NCBI GenBank assembly: GCA_030603365.1
Contig: JAUVXV010000001.1
Coordinates: 256,001 to 320,000 of the forward strand
DNA: 64,000 nucleotides
Source: Candidatus Heimdallarchaeota archaeon
GTDB lineage: Archaea; Asgardarchaeota; Heimdallarchaeia; Heimdallarchaeales; Heimdallarchaeaceae
Direction: 5' to 3'
Both the position numbers and the translations under genes were made by a program. Positions 39,958 through 49,891 of the stretch are shown piece after piece (position 1 is the stretch's first letter; each line of letters opens with the position of its first letter). The notes beneath the pieces are model-generated. The model was not told the origin of the DNA. It searched no databases and worked only from the letters and a program-made list of their open reading frames with translations.

Positions 39958-41067
39958 TTATTCAAATGGTTTTGAAACTCTTGGTTTGAAAGCAAAATAC
40001 TTCTCAACTAATGCAGAAATGTTTTCTTCTTTTAGATCATGTGTTAAATTAGTAAGTAACTTCTTAATAGCTTGTCTTAGATAAGCTGTTGAAATTTTAC
40101 TGCTGAGAAAACATACAAAGTTCCCTTGAGTCTCAATCATAAGACAATTATCACCTAAATCAATTTCTTTAGGATAAACATCTTTCCCTACAAGTTCTCC
40201 TGCAAACTCAGAGAAAGCTGCAATTACACCTAATACACTGTGACCTCTAAGAGTAACGGCTTTTTTTGCAGAAGCTGAGTATATTGATGTACCATCTTTA
40301 TCAAAAATATATATTACATGAACTTCTGTAGAATAGTAAAATGCTTCAATTCCCCCCAAGTAAATTGAAATACCAATAATCAAAGCTCCAGCAGCTACTG
40401 CAATATATTCAAAGTGTAAAAGCATTACTACATCAGTAATTGCATACAAGATTTTTCGTATTGCAAAAATTAATGCACTAACAAAATAAGCAATAATTAC
40501 TCCTACAATCATAATCTCTACTGTTCTTCGATATCTTTTTTCTGCAAAATTATGTTGTTTTATCAAGTAAAATAAGAAAACAGAACCTGCAAATAATGCT
40601 AAACCTGCATCAAAGATTACCCAGATAATGCTCGTTTTTGCTATAGCAAAATAATAATTACCTGATTTTACTAACTGATGTACTACTTCATAATCGCTAG
40701 AAACAGTTAAACCAAATACTCCTCCGAAAAGGAAGAGTGTAATTGCTAATATGTACGGGTTATGGGCTCTTTTTTGACTTATGGTTCTCACAAATAAAAC
40801 CGTTGCCACCATACCTACCATACTTATTATCGTTGCAAATCTTGAGCAAAATAATGCTTTTGAAAGAGACAGCGTTTCCAATTGACTAGAAATAACTACA
40901 AGCATATTGCAGATTACCCATCCCATAATACAAACAATTATGCTAAGAAAATAATAAGAAGCTAGTGAAGATGTACGAAACTGTTTTCCTACAACCAGTA
41001 TTCCTCCTAGAACTAGAAAGAATAAAGAAGCAATACCTATACCATAGGAAATCCAGACCATATCCAA
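39958..41067 (-). CDS. 7TM membrane protein fused to a C-terminal longin-like domain
   Basis: Seven hydrophobic helices, then VHVIYIFDKDGTSIYS...GVIAAFSEFAGEL...EIDLGD (bb-a-bbb-aa longin pattern). Confidence 0.65.
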   Translation of the reverse strand: MDMVWISYGIGIASLFFLVLGGILVVGKQFRTSSLASYYFLSIIVCIMGWVICNMLVVISSQLETLSLSKALFCSRFATIISMVGMVATVLFVRTISQKRAHNPYILAITLFLFGGVFGLTVSSDYEVVHQLVKSGNYYFAIAKTSIIWVIFDAGLALFAGSVFLFYLIKQHNFAEKRYRRTVEIMIVGVIIAYFVSALIFAIRKILYAITDVVMLLHFEYIAVAAGALIIGISIYLGGIEAFYYSTEVHVIYIFDKDGTSIYSASAKKAVTLRGHSVLGVIAAFSEFAGELVGKDVYPKEIDLGDNCLMIETQGNFVCFLSSKISTAYLRQAIKKLLTNLTHDLKEENISALVEKYFAFKPRVSKPFE

Positions 41068-41134
41068 AGATGAAACTAACTATTTTATATACTTTGTTCA
41101 GAAATGAAAAATAATATATTCTCTCTTTTCTTAT

Positions 41135-42478
41135 TTAAATGACGAAATATTCCTTATCTACTTCTCTATTTTTTAATCCTAATCTAGAAACCTTGAAAGA
41201 AATCCCACCATAAAGTTCTGCATGCTCTTTATTATTATACAGTGCTTCTGCAATTCGTCCAATGGCATCAGTTTTCATGATTCCGCTTCCTGAGCCAGCA
41301 GTAACTATTAACAATCCTTTAATTCCCTCAGGTTTGAAAACCACGGGATTTTTATCCATAGTATTCATCGCATAAAATCCTCCCCAACTGTTTGTTAGGG
41401 GAAGATCTTTTAGAACGGGTAAATATTCTGACATAATTAGATATCTATCAAATTCGTAATCTCTGGGATTTGCATCGGTATCATCTAAAGGATTATTCTC
41501 GTCCTTAATCTTGACAGGATCAGTAATAATGAAAGGTTTACCTGTAACTGACCCCCCTCCTATCCAAATACTATTGTTGTATTTTACTGTTTTTATATGT
41601 AAACCATATACTGGGAAGATAAAGAAAGGAGTAGTTTTCTCTTCATTAAAAAATTCATTTTCTAAGAATCCAGATAATTTGTCATGTTGAACTCTAAACA
41701 TATACTTCTTCAAAGGCATTACGTGGCAGTTAATACCTAATGGTAGGAGCAATTCATTTGCCCATGCACCAGTTGCAATAATGAATATCTTTGATTTGAT
41801 GGTATTCCCTTTATCTGTCAATACGGACCCAACTCTCTTCTTCTGCCATCCAACTGGTTCTCCTGGGATTCCTAATTTCTCCATTTCAGGTTCTAAAACT
41901 AATTCAGTTATTAATGTTGAATATAGAGTTTCTCCTCCCAGTTTCCTAAATTCATTTTCATAGAAATCCCTGGTAATTTTATCTGCATCAAGTTCTCCGC
42001 AATCGTAGCCTAGAATACCATAGTCTATATTTTTTAAACCAAGCATTTGAGCATCATCATTATCATCAAAATCTGTAACTAATTCAGGAATCTTTCGTTT
42101 TATATCATCTTTCTCAAGAATTTCTATTCTGATTTTGTTTTCAAGCATTGATTCAACAGCAGGTTTATTTCTCTCAAATTGCTGTCTATCCATTAACCAT
42201 AAGTAAGTAATATCCTTTAGAGACAAATCAATACCTAAATCATTTTGAATATGTCTGAAGAAATTTCTCGTTGTGCTACTTAATTGTAAATTAACTTCAG
42301 AAGAGAATGTATCTCTGAACATTGCTGCCGATTGTGATGTGTTTCCTGCTCCTGCTGATGCTGCTTTGTCTACTGCTAATACTTTAAGGTCTTCATTACT
42401 TCTCTTTATATGATATGCGGTTGCCATACCAAAAATGCCTGCACCAATTATAACTACATCATAGGTTGATTCGTTCAT
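41135..42478 (-). CDS. FAD-dependent amine oxidoreductase (DAO/sarcosine oxidase beta-like)
   Basis: IIGAGIFG, GNTSQSAA, ATGAW, W.G.Y and SGSGIM motifs. Confidence 0.88.
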   Translation of the reverse strand: MNESTYDVVIIGAGIFGMATAYHIKRSNEDLKVLAVDKAASAGAGNTSQSAAMFRDTFSSEVNLQLSSTTRNFFRHIQNDLGIDLSLKDITYLWLMDRQQFERNKPAVESMLENKIRIEILEKDDIKRKIPELVTDFDDNDDAQMLGLKNIDYGILGYDCGELDADKITRDFYENEFRKLGGETLYSTLITELVLEPEMEKLGIPGEPVGWQKKRVGSVLTDKGNTIKSKIFIIATGAWANELLLPLGINCHVMPLKKYMFRVQHDKLSGFLENEFFNEEKTTPFFIFPVYGLHIKTVKYNNSIWIGGGSVTGKPFIITDPVKIKDENNPLDDTDANPRDYEFDRYLIMSEYLPVLKDLPLTNSWGGFYAMNTMDKNPVVFKPEGIKGLLIVTAGSGSGIMKTDAIGRIAEALYNNKEHAELYGGISFKVSRLGLKNREVDKEYFVI

Positions 42479-42629
42479 CGTTCTACCTCAAAAAATGAAA
42501 ATTTTTGAATTCCAAATATAAGAAAAAATTCCTCTTTAAAAATCTTATACCCTAGACAGTATTTGTAGTCATATCATTGTGTTTTTAAGGTCTGGCTATT
42601 ACGTCAGCTTAACTTAGGAGAAATTTATA

Positions 42630-43439
42630 ATGCAAGCAATACCCCTAACTGAGGAAGATAAAAAAATTGCAGAGACACTTTCTAGAATAAAACATACAAT
42701 TGCTGTACTTTCAGGTAAAGGAGGTACAGGTAAAACGACTGTGACTGTTAATCTTGCTCAAACCTTATCAAACATGGGTTACAAGGTTGGAGTTCTTGAT
42801 GCTGATATTACTGGTCCTAACGTACCTTTAATGTTTGGCGTTGAGGATGATCAAATGTCCTCGAAAGACAATAAAATTATGCCAGTTGAAGCTGAGAAGA
42901 TAAAGATTGTGTCTATGGAATTTCTACTTCAAGATAAATCCCAAGCTATAATTTGGAGAGGCCCCATGAAGATTAAAGCCCTTAAACAATTACTAGCTGA
43001 TGTAAATTGGGGTGAACTGGACTTTCTAGTGGTTGACTTGCCTCCAGGAAGTAGTGATGAGCCCCTTTCTATTGTTCAAACAATAAAAGATTTAGATGGG
43101 ATGATTATAGTTACAACTCCCCAAGATGTTTCTTTACTTGACGTAACAAAATCAATAAATTTTGCTCAAGTGGTCAAAGTACCTATACTTGGAATTATCG
43201 AAAATATGTCTGGTTTTATCTGCCCTCATTGTAATGAACCTACTTACATATTCAAAAAAGATGGTGGGAAGAAAATGGCTGAAGAATTATCTTTAGATTT
43301 CTTAGGTGCCATTCCATTAATTACACAAATCTGTGAGGCTGGAGACTTGGGAAGGCCTGCTGTTCTGAATAATGAAAAGGTAGAAAAGATATTTGGAAAA
43401 ATAGTAGAGAAGATTCTTGAGAAGATAAAAAAGGAGTGA
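42630..43439 (+). CDS. mrp: Mrp/NBP35 Fe-S cluster carrier ATPase
   Basis: SGKGGTGKT, DADITGP, WRGP, DLPPG and ENMS..CPHC motifs. Confidence 0.94.
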   Translation: MQAIPLTEEDKKIAETLSRIKHTIAVLSGKGGTGKTTVTVNLAQTLSNMGYKVGVLDADITGPNVPLMFGVEDDQMSSKDNKIMPVEAEKIKIVSMEFLLQDKSQAIIWRGPMKIKALKQLLADVNWGELDFLVVDLPPGSSDEPLSIVQTIKDLDGMIIVTTPQDVSLLDVTKSINFAQVVKVPILGIIENMSGFICPHCNEPTYIFKKDGGKKMAEELSLDFLGAIPLITQICEAGDLGRPAVLNNEKVEKIFGKIVEKILEKIKKE

Positions 43440-43533
43440 TTCAAGCAAAATCACACTATTTTCTATTTTCATTTTGTCAGAAAACTTTCGCAATGTTTTT
43501 GTATCTAAAATGTTGTACTTTCTTTTGATTCAT

Positions 43534-45981
43534 ATGAATTATAATAGAAAAAAATTAATTATTCTCAGTTGCTTAATTTCATCTATTCTGATATTGTCTA
43601 CATTCACTTCAATTAGTGTGTTGGGGTATGATTGGAATACCACCCAAACCTATACTTTACAAGAAGAAGACAATATTGGATATGGGGTTTTAGACGGCCA
43701 GAGAATAAGAGAAAACCAGTATTTGGAAGCTGAGTATGATACAGATATAAGGTATGTTCATCTGGACAGTCAATCTGTAACGGAAAATATGGCTAATGAT
43801 TCAACAGATTTCAGAATTTCAACAGATTCAATTTTATATAATAGCTACAGAAGATTTGATCTTGATAGTGCAGAATGGAAACAATTACCTACATATTTTC
43901 AAGCTTTTAATAACACTGGTGTTGGGCCCAATTTACAGATAACTACAGGTATAAATAACCAAGGATATCTTTCATTAAATTCCAAAACCGCTCTCGAGTT
44001 ATATCCTGACATCTTATACGTTTTCAAAGTATCTCTAGTTGCTGGCAAGATGTTTGATCTTAATTTCAAAACTACTGCAGGAATGGATTACTTGATATTT
44101 CTTGATGATGTTCTCTCAAATTCAGGAAGTGTTAATGGTTTAACCAGAGATATTCAACCACTTGTAGCAAGAGCTAAAGGAGATTATTTCATATACCTTC
44201 TATCAAATAGTTATAACTACATCATTATTCAACCTCAAGAAATTGATGTAAACAACCTTTCAGCTAATCAATTGGCAGCTGGTTATTTTGTAAATGAACC
44301 AAATAATATTTGGAATGAAACAAAACAAACTTTTGAAGAAAATCAGAACAAAGAAACTATTCATGCTTATTATTTGAACTTGAATAAAGGAACCTACCTA
44401 TTCAAATATATCAAATTTGACAATTATGATACTGAAGCTTACATTTCTCCATCTGTTAAATGGCAAACATTGAGTTCTGTACCTAGTTATTACGACCGAA
44501 CAATTGATACTGATCCAACAAACAAAAGACTATATCATTTTGAGTATGATACAACAGTTGTAGTTTATATTGAAGCAGAACGAGATGGTATGTCATGGAT
44601 TGAATTCGATTATTTCTTCTCTGTAGAAGAGTTAGATACACCACCTATTCTTCAACCAGAAGACCAATATGACTATGATGATAGTTTCTTCTATTATGGT
44701 ATTGAAATTGAAGAAACACAAGCTGTTTATTTCAACATGACTGGAATGAGTCCTTTTAATGTATGGTACTTCAAACATCTCGATGCAGAAAATGTATTTA
44801 GAGGAACCTATTCACTACAAGCAGATTCTATGGCCGCAACTAAAATAATTCTAGAGCCAGGGTACTATTTCTTTATGAACCAAAATGAAGGTACTTATGA
44901 TTTGACAATAGAATTCAATACTGTCAGCTCTGAAACTTACTTGGGTGGAAGCTTAGATTTTAGTATTAGTCAGAGAAATGGAGATTCTTCTAATTACAAA
45001 TTGATTAAAATAGAGAACTCAAACTTTGGATATCATAACTATAATATTAGCTTAGTAACTCAAAATAACTATACAGCTGAAGTGGGCTATTACATCTTTA
45101 AAGACTCATTTGACCTAAATCGTCAAGGCTACGTTTTCTTTAGACTTGGAACTCAACAAGTTTTAGGAACTTATCAACCATACGGAGAAACTGATACACA
45201 GATGCTTAATATATTATCTCCCGGGGAAATAACAACATATTACCTACTAATAGATCTTCTAGCTTTGTACAACAACACGGGTTATGCTTACCCAAGTTAT
45301 GGTGTTTTTTACTCTGAACCAGTAACAGTAACTCTAAGATTTAAAGAAGATTCTAATGTTCCAGAACCATTTGATTCAGTAAATATCAACTATATTAATG
45401 CAACTCTTAATGAAGATGGAAGTGGATATCTTTCTAGAACCTTTGACACAGCAATTAATGATTATGATCTTTATATCATTCAAGTAACTGTACCAGACTA
45501 TACTTGGTACAATCTAAAAATCGTAATAATTAATGGAACTAGAGATAGTATTACATATAATCTTCATAATTATGATGGAGTAAGAGATTATAGGTTTAGA
45601 CGTCATTCTGTTTGGAATAAGTATTATTGCTTAGATCCGTTTTCAGCAACTCAATTTGTGACATACGATGATTCTAACATATCCCATGTTACATTTGAAG
45701 TCGAATTTGGAGTATTTGATCCTAATTTGATTTTTATGTTCAGTGTTGATCACTCAGGTCTAAATGGTTCAATTTCTTTTGAATTTGTTCCTCATGACAG
45801 TACCTTAGTCTCACCAGCAGATCCAGGACGATTTCTAGGTGGAGGTTTAGGTCTCATTGGATCAATTATACTTGGAATAGTTGGAGGAGCTCTAGCAGTA
45901 GCTGCAATAGTAATTTTGGTAGTAAAAGTGATAATTCCAAAATCAAAAGGAAGTTCTAGTCCCTCATCTCCTCAATACTAA
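43534..45981 (+). CDS. Large cell-surface glycoprotein, single C-terminal TM anchor
   Basis: Signal peptide, beta-rich Y/N/D/T ectodomain with many N-x-S/T sequons, Gly-rich TM, and a short tail ending SSSPSSPQY. Confidence 0.75.
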   Translation: MNYNRKKLIILSCLISSILILSTFTSISVLGYDWNTTQTYTLQEEDNIGYGVLDGQRIRENQYLEAEYDTDIRYVHLDSQSVTENMANDSTDFRISTDSILYNSYRRFDLDSAEWKQLPTYFQAFNNTGVGPNLQITTGINNQGYLSLNSKTALELYPDILYVFKVSLVAGKMFDLNFKTTAGMDYLIFLDDVLSNSGSVNGLTRDIQPLVARAKGDYFIYLLSNSYNYIIIQPQEIDVNNLSANQLAAGYFVNEPNNIWNETKQTFEENQNKETIHAYYLNLNKGTYLFKYIKFDNYDTEAYISPSVKWQTLSSVPSYYDRTIDTDPTNKRLYHFEYDTTVVVYIEAERDGMSWIEFDYFFSVEELDTPPILQPEDQYDYDDSFFYYGIEIEETQAVYFNMTGMSPFNVWYFKHLDAENVFRGTYSLQADSMAATKIILEPGYYFFMNQNEGTYDLTIEFNTVSSETYLGGSLDFSISQRNGDSSNYKLIKIENSNFGYHNYNISLVTQNNYTAEVGYYIFKDSFDLNRQGYVFFRLGTQQVLGTYQPYGETDTQMLNILSPGEITTYYLLIDLLALYNNTGYAYPSYGVFYSEPVTVTLRFKEDSNVPEPFDSVNINYINATLNEDGSGYLSRTFDTAINDYDLYIIQVTVPDYTWYNLKIVIINGTRDSITYNLHNYDGVRDYRFRRHSVWNKYYCLDPFSATQFVTYDDSNISHVTFEVEFGVFDPNLIFMFSVDHSGLNGSISFEFVPHDSTLVSPADPGRFLGGGLGLIGSIILGIVGGALAVAAIVILVVKVIIPKSKGSSSPSSPQY

Positions 45982-46003
45982 AATAATCTTCTTTTCTTTT
46001 TTT

Positions 46004-46957
46004 TTATTCTATTTTGTTTCTTATGTGTGAAAAGAATTTAGTTAAATCTATGTTCCCACCTGATATAATTATACCAATTCTTTTCGATTCTAACTTGATT
46101 TTTCCAGATAAAACACCAGCTAATGACACTGCACCTGATGGTTCAACAACAAGTTTCATACGTGACCATAGGAATTCCATTGCATCAACAATTTCCTCCT
46201 CTGTAACGGTTATAATGTCATCAACCTTTTCTTTTATTATTTTGAAGGAATTTATCCCCAATGATACCCTTAATCCATCTGCGATAGTATTTGGATTTTC
46301 AACAAGATATCTCTTACCATCTTTAAAGGATTTATAAGCATCATCAGCATTTTTAGGTTCAACACCAATAACTTTAGCATTCGGACAAAGATTTTTTGTA
46401 GCAATTGCAGTTCCAGATAATAATCCTCCGCCTCCACAAGGAGCAAGCATATAATCCAAATCACCAACTTCTTTGATTAATTCATAAGATACTGTACCTT
46501 GACCATGAATAACGTCTAAATTATTATTAGAATGAATTAAGGTATAGCCAAATCTTTCAATAAGTTCATCAGATGTTTTTTCTCTATCTGTTGGTTTGTT
46601 ACCACAAAAAACTACCTCTGCTCCATAACTCTTGGTTGCCGCAACTTTAATCTTTGGTGCATTTTCAGGCATAACAACAACTGCTTTTACTCCAGCCATT
46701 TTAGCGGCAAGAGACAGAGCTTGGGCATGATTTCCAGATGAATGAGTTGTTACCCCCTTCTCTTTTAATTCTGGTGATAAGCAGGAAATAGCATTAAAAG
46801 CTCCTCTAAACTTAAAAGATCCTGTTTTTTGGAAATTCTCCATTTTACAGTAACATTTTGCTTTTACTAACCCATCTAAAGTGGACGATGTCATAACTGG
46901 GGTTTTATTGATTGTGCTTTGTATTCTTTTGTAAACCTCTTCTACATTACTAATCAT
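46004..46957 (-). CDS. Serine/threonine dehydratase / serine racemase family
   Basis: ENFQKTGSFKFRGA, HSSGNH, GGGGL, EPSG and SGGN motifs. Confidence 0.92.
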   Translation of the reverse strand: MISNVEEVYKRIQSTINKTPVMTSSTLDGLVKAKCYCKMENFQKTGSFKFRGAFNAISCLSPELKEKGVTTHSSGNHAQALSLAAKMAGVKAVVVMPENAPKIKVAATKSYGAEVVFCGNKPTDREKTSDELIERFGYTLIHSNNNLDVIHGQGTVSYELIKEVGDLDYMLAPCGGGGLLSGTAIATKNLCPNAKVIGVEPKNADDAYKSFKDGKRYLVENPNTIADGLRVSLGINSFKIIKEKVDDIITVTEEEIVDAMEFLWSRMKLVVEPSGAVSLAGVLSGKIKLESKRIGIIISGGNIDLTKFFSHIRNKIE

Positions 46958-46981
46958 CTATTTCACCAAATCATCTTATAG

Positions 46982-48343
46982 CTAATGTTTACTTTTGCCT
47001 GTGAAGCTGAAAGAATTAAGTTTAATCCCTGGACAATTACATGTAATCCCTTTTTCTACATCTTTACTTATTAGAGGAACATCTTTTAGACATTGAGTTA
47101 ACTTGTCTGTAAATCTAAAATTCTTTGCAGCAGAAACCACTTCTCCATCCTCAATGTACAGTAAACCATCTCTTGTCAAACCTGTAATGGCACCAAGTTT
47201 TCGGTTAACGAAATTTGTATAATGTAATCTGTTAATATAGAACCCCTTCTTAGTTTCTTCTATCATCTCAGGAACTGATGAATCACCTGGATAAAGAACT
47301 AGATTTATCGGCATAACACCTCCGAAAATATAATCGCTATAAGGGATTATTTGGTGTCCGGTTGTCCCTTCTTTGTTATTTAGATATCTGGATGCAAGAA
47401 AACTGTTATAAATTACAGTTTTTGGAATGCCTTCTTCAACAAGGAAGGATGGTTTCTTCCATACTCCTTCCCCATCTATTGGGGATGATAGCAGAGTATC
47501 AGGATTTAAAGGATCATCTTGGAGAGTTAGTTTATTATCAAATAATTGTGAACCGATTTGATCAGTAATGAAACTTTGAGCTTCATGATATCCTGTTCCA
47601 TTAAAACCAAATGAGAGAAATCTCATTAAGGTTCTTGTTGCTGAAGGTGATAGAATGACTTCATACTCCCCCGGTTCATAGTCTTTTGAATAACATGTAT
47701 TTACTGAAAACTCTGTTGCTTTTCTAGCTAACTCAACTGGATTGAGTTTAGAAGGATCTCTCACATATTGTTCTTCTTTTGCATATCCCTTCCCTTCCTT
47801 TTCAGTTAAGGCATTTATGACTAAACCATTGTAAGTAATTCGATGAGATAAATCAATATCATTGGAATTTATGATTTGAAAGCATAAGTCAGTAATATGA
47901 ACTGCACCTGCAAGTTTCACTTCTTTATCAACCTTTTCTGCTTCATTAATAGCAGTTTCAACAATATCTGCTCTTTGGAATTCATCTAGTAAATCACCCG
48001 TCGAATTAATGGAATCAATTGTTGATTCAGTTTTTTCTGTGAATCCTTGGAAGAAGGGTATTTCAGGTACAAAACTTAGCATTGATTTCATTTGTGAAAT
48101 GCTTGATTCAATTGATTTTTTTGTCAATGAAGTCAATGATATTGAACATAGTTTTTTTCCTTCAGAGACTCTAAACATAAATCGATAAGTGTGATCTGAT
48201 ACATTTTGATGAATGGTTGAATTTGCAAATCTTGTTAATGAGTGTAAACGATCAACACTGCTAATTTCATAACTACTAAACCCATTGGATTCTAGGGATT
48301 TTATAGCATATTCTATTAGAGAATTAAAATTGTCTGAGAACAT
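46982..48343 (-). CDS. TldE/PmbA family protein
   Basis: TRFANSTIHQN, DGEG and TGLTRDG motifs; no HEXXH. Confidence 0.88.
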   Translation of the reverse strand: MFSDNFNSLIEYAIKSLESNGFSSYEISSVDRLHSLTRFANSTIHQNVSDHTYRFMFRVSEGKKLCSISLTSLTKKSIESSISQMKSMLSFVPEIPFFQGFTEKTESTIDSINSTGDLLDEFQRADIVETAINEAEKVDKEVKLAGAVHITDLCFQIINSNDIDLSHRITYNGLVINALTEKEGKGYAKEEQYVRDPSKLNPVELARKATEFSVNTCYSKDYEPGEYEVILSPSATRTLMRFLSFGFNGTGYHEAQSFITDQIGSQLFDNKLTLQDDPLNPDTLLSSPIDGEGVWKKPSFLVEEGIPKTVIYNSFLASRYLNNKEGTTGHQIIPYSDYIFGGVMPINLVLYPGDSSVPEMIEETKKGFYINRLHYTNFVNRKLGAITGLTRDGLLYIEDGEVVSAAKNFRFTDKLTQCLKDVPLISKDVEKGITCNCPGIKLNSFSFTGKSKH

Positions 48344-48519
48344 TATATCACTCGTTTGTTTGTTGATAGGAAGTGTCTATCGAGTTTAACCCAAATTGCA
48401 CTTAATAAAAAGATTTCTCTGAATTTTGTAGGAGAATTCCCTTTTGATTTATGATTCTTTACTATTCTTATATGTAGGTCACCAAAATTGTTTTATTCTA
48501 TTTGTACTCATTGGGTGTT

Positions 48520-49149
48520 ATGTCAGAAACTTCTTCTTCTGGAGTGTTCATATGTTTTGAAGGGATCGATGGTTCTGGAAAAACTACTCATTCACGTCTA
48601 ATAGTTGGATACCTCAGTGCTTTGGGTTTTGATGCCGTTTATACCACCGAACCCACTAGATATTCCCTACCTGGACGTAAACTCAGGGAGAGTTTTTTTG
48701 CTCCTGAACGACTTCCGGTTGAAGATGAATTCCACTTGTTTTTGGAAGATAGGAAAATACATCTCAAAGATGAAGTGATTCCGCAGTTAGAAGATGGTAA
48801 AATCGTCATAACTGACAGATATTATTTCTCTTCAGTCGCTTATCAAGGTTCAAGAGGATTGGATTGGCAATATATTCTAGAAGAAAACTTGAAAGTATCT
48901 TTAGTTCCAAACCTAGTACTTCTTCTAGATCTTAATGTAGATGAAGCTATTTCTAGAATTGCCACAGAAAGGGAAGAAGGTGTTAATACATTTGAGAAGA
49001 AAGAAAGTCTTCAAAGAGTAAGAGAAATTTATCTCAATTTAGCAGAAAAATACCCTGACTTATTCCATATCTTTGATGTAAATAAACCAATTCAAGAAGT
49101 ACAAGAGGAAATGCAAGACTTTATTGTAAAATTCTTAAGTAATAGATAA
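48520..49149 (+). CDS. tmk: Thymidylate kinase
   Basis: FEGIDGSGKTT, EP and DRYYFSSVAYQG motifs. Confidence 0.95.
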   Translation: MSETSSSGVFICFEGIDGSGKTTHSRLIVGYLSALGFDAVYTTEPTRYSLPGRKLRESFFAPERLPVEDEFHLFLEDRKIHLKDEVIPQLEDGKIVITDRYYFSSVAYQGSRGLDWQYILEENLKVSLVPNLVLLLDLNVDEAISRIATEREEGVNTFEKKESLQRVREIYLNLAEKYPDLFHIFDVNKPIQEVQEEMQDFIVKFLSNR

Positions 49150-49156
49150 CTTGATT

Positions 49157-49891
49157 TTAAAGATAAATTATTATCAACACTAAGGAGGGTATAGAAAGAA
49201 TCATTATGATAAGATCAACAATTTTTATTCTTATACTAAATGCATATACTTCTCTTCTTTTAGGCTCAAAACCTTTCATCACCATTGATTCTGCTAAATC
49301 TACTCCTCTATTTATTGCCCCTGTAACTAATGGTTTGAGAGTTTTCTTCAAAATATACATCTGCTTTAGAATTTCCCACTTTTTCGCATTCAGTCCTTTA
49401 AGTTTCTTTATCTCATTTATTTCTTGAGCTTCCTTTGTTACAACTGGAATGAATTGATAAATCATAATTATAAACCATACAAGTTTCGAGGGAATATACA
49501 ATTTTTCTAATGCTACTGCAAGTTCATATGGTTCAACTGTTAAGAAAAACCAAGATGCAATAGAGAAAGCTGTTAGGAATCTTGTTTCGAAAATTAGAAA
49601 GAGAGTATACGGACTTTCAACAGAAGCTACATAGCATGCTAAAAGAGTTGCAATTAAAGAGAAAAGAGATAGAAACAGAATTGAAATTATCAGATGTTTA
49701 AATCTAATTTTAGCGATAATGATGAGTGTAAGGGACAGATACGCTAGACTAACAAGCAAATATAGATTACTTGAGTATAAGACACTAATAAGTACTACCA
49801 AAAGAAAAATTCCTTTAGAACGTGGATCAAGGATTGCTTTACTCTGAAACCGCATCTTCTCTTTGTTGAAGATAACTGCAGAAGTATTCAT
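49157..49891 (-). CDS. ecfT: ECF transporter transmembrane component T
   Basis: LDPRSK N-terminus, TM helices, and the coupling helices QFIP...KGL and AESM..KGF. Confidence 0.85.
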   Translation of the reverse strand: MNTSAVIFNKEKMRFQSKAILDPRSKGIFLLVVLISVLYSSNLYLLVSLAYLSLTLIIIAKIRFKHLIISILFLSLFSLIATLLACYVASVESPYTLFLIFETRFLTAFSIASWFFLTVEPYELAVALEKLYIPSKLVWFIIMIYQFIPVVTKEAQEINEIKKLKGLNAKKWEILKQMYILKKTLKPLVTGAINRGVDLAESMVMKGFEPKRREVYAFSIRIKIVDLIIMILSIPSLVLIIIYL

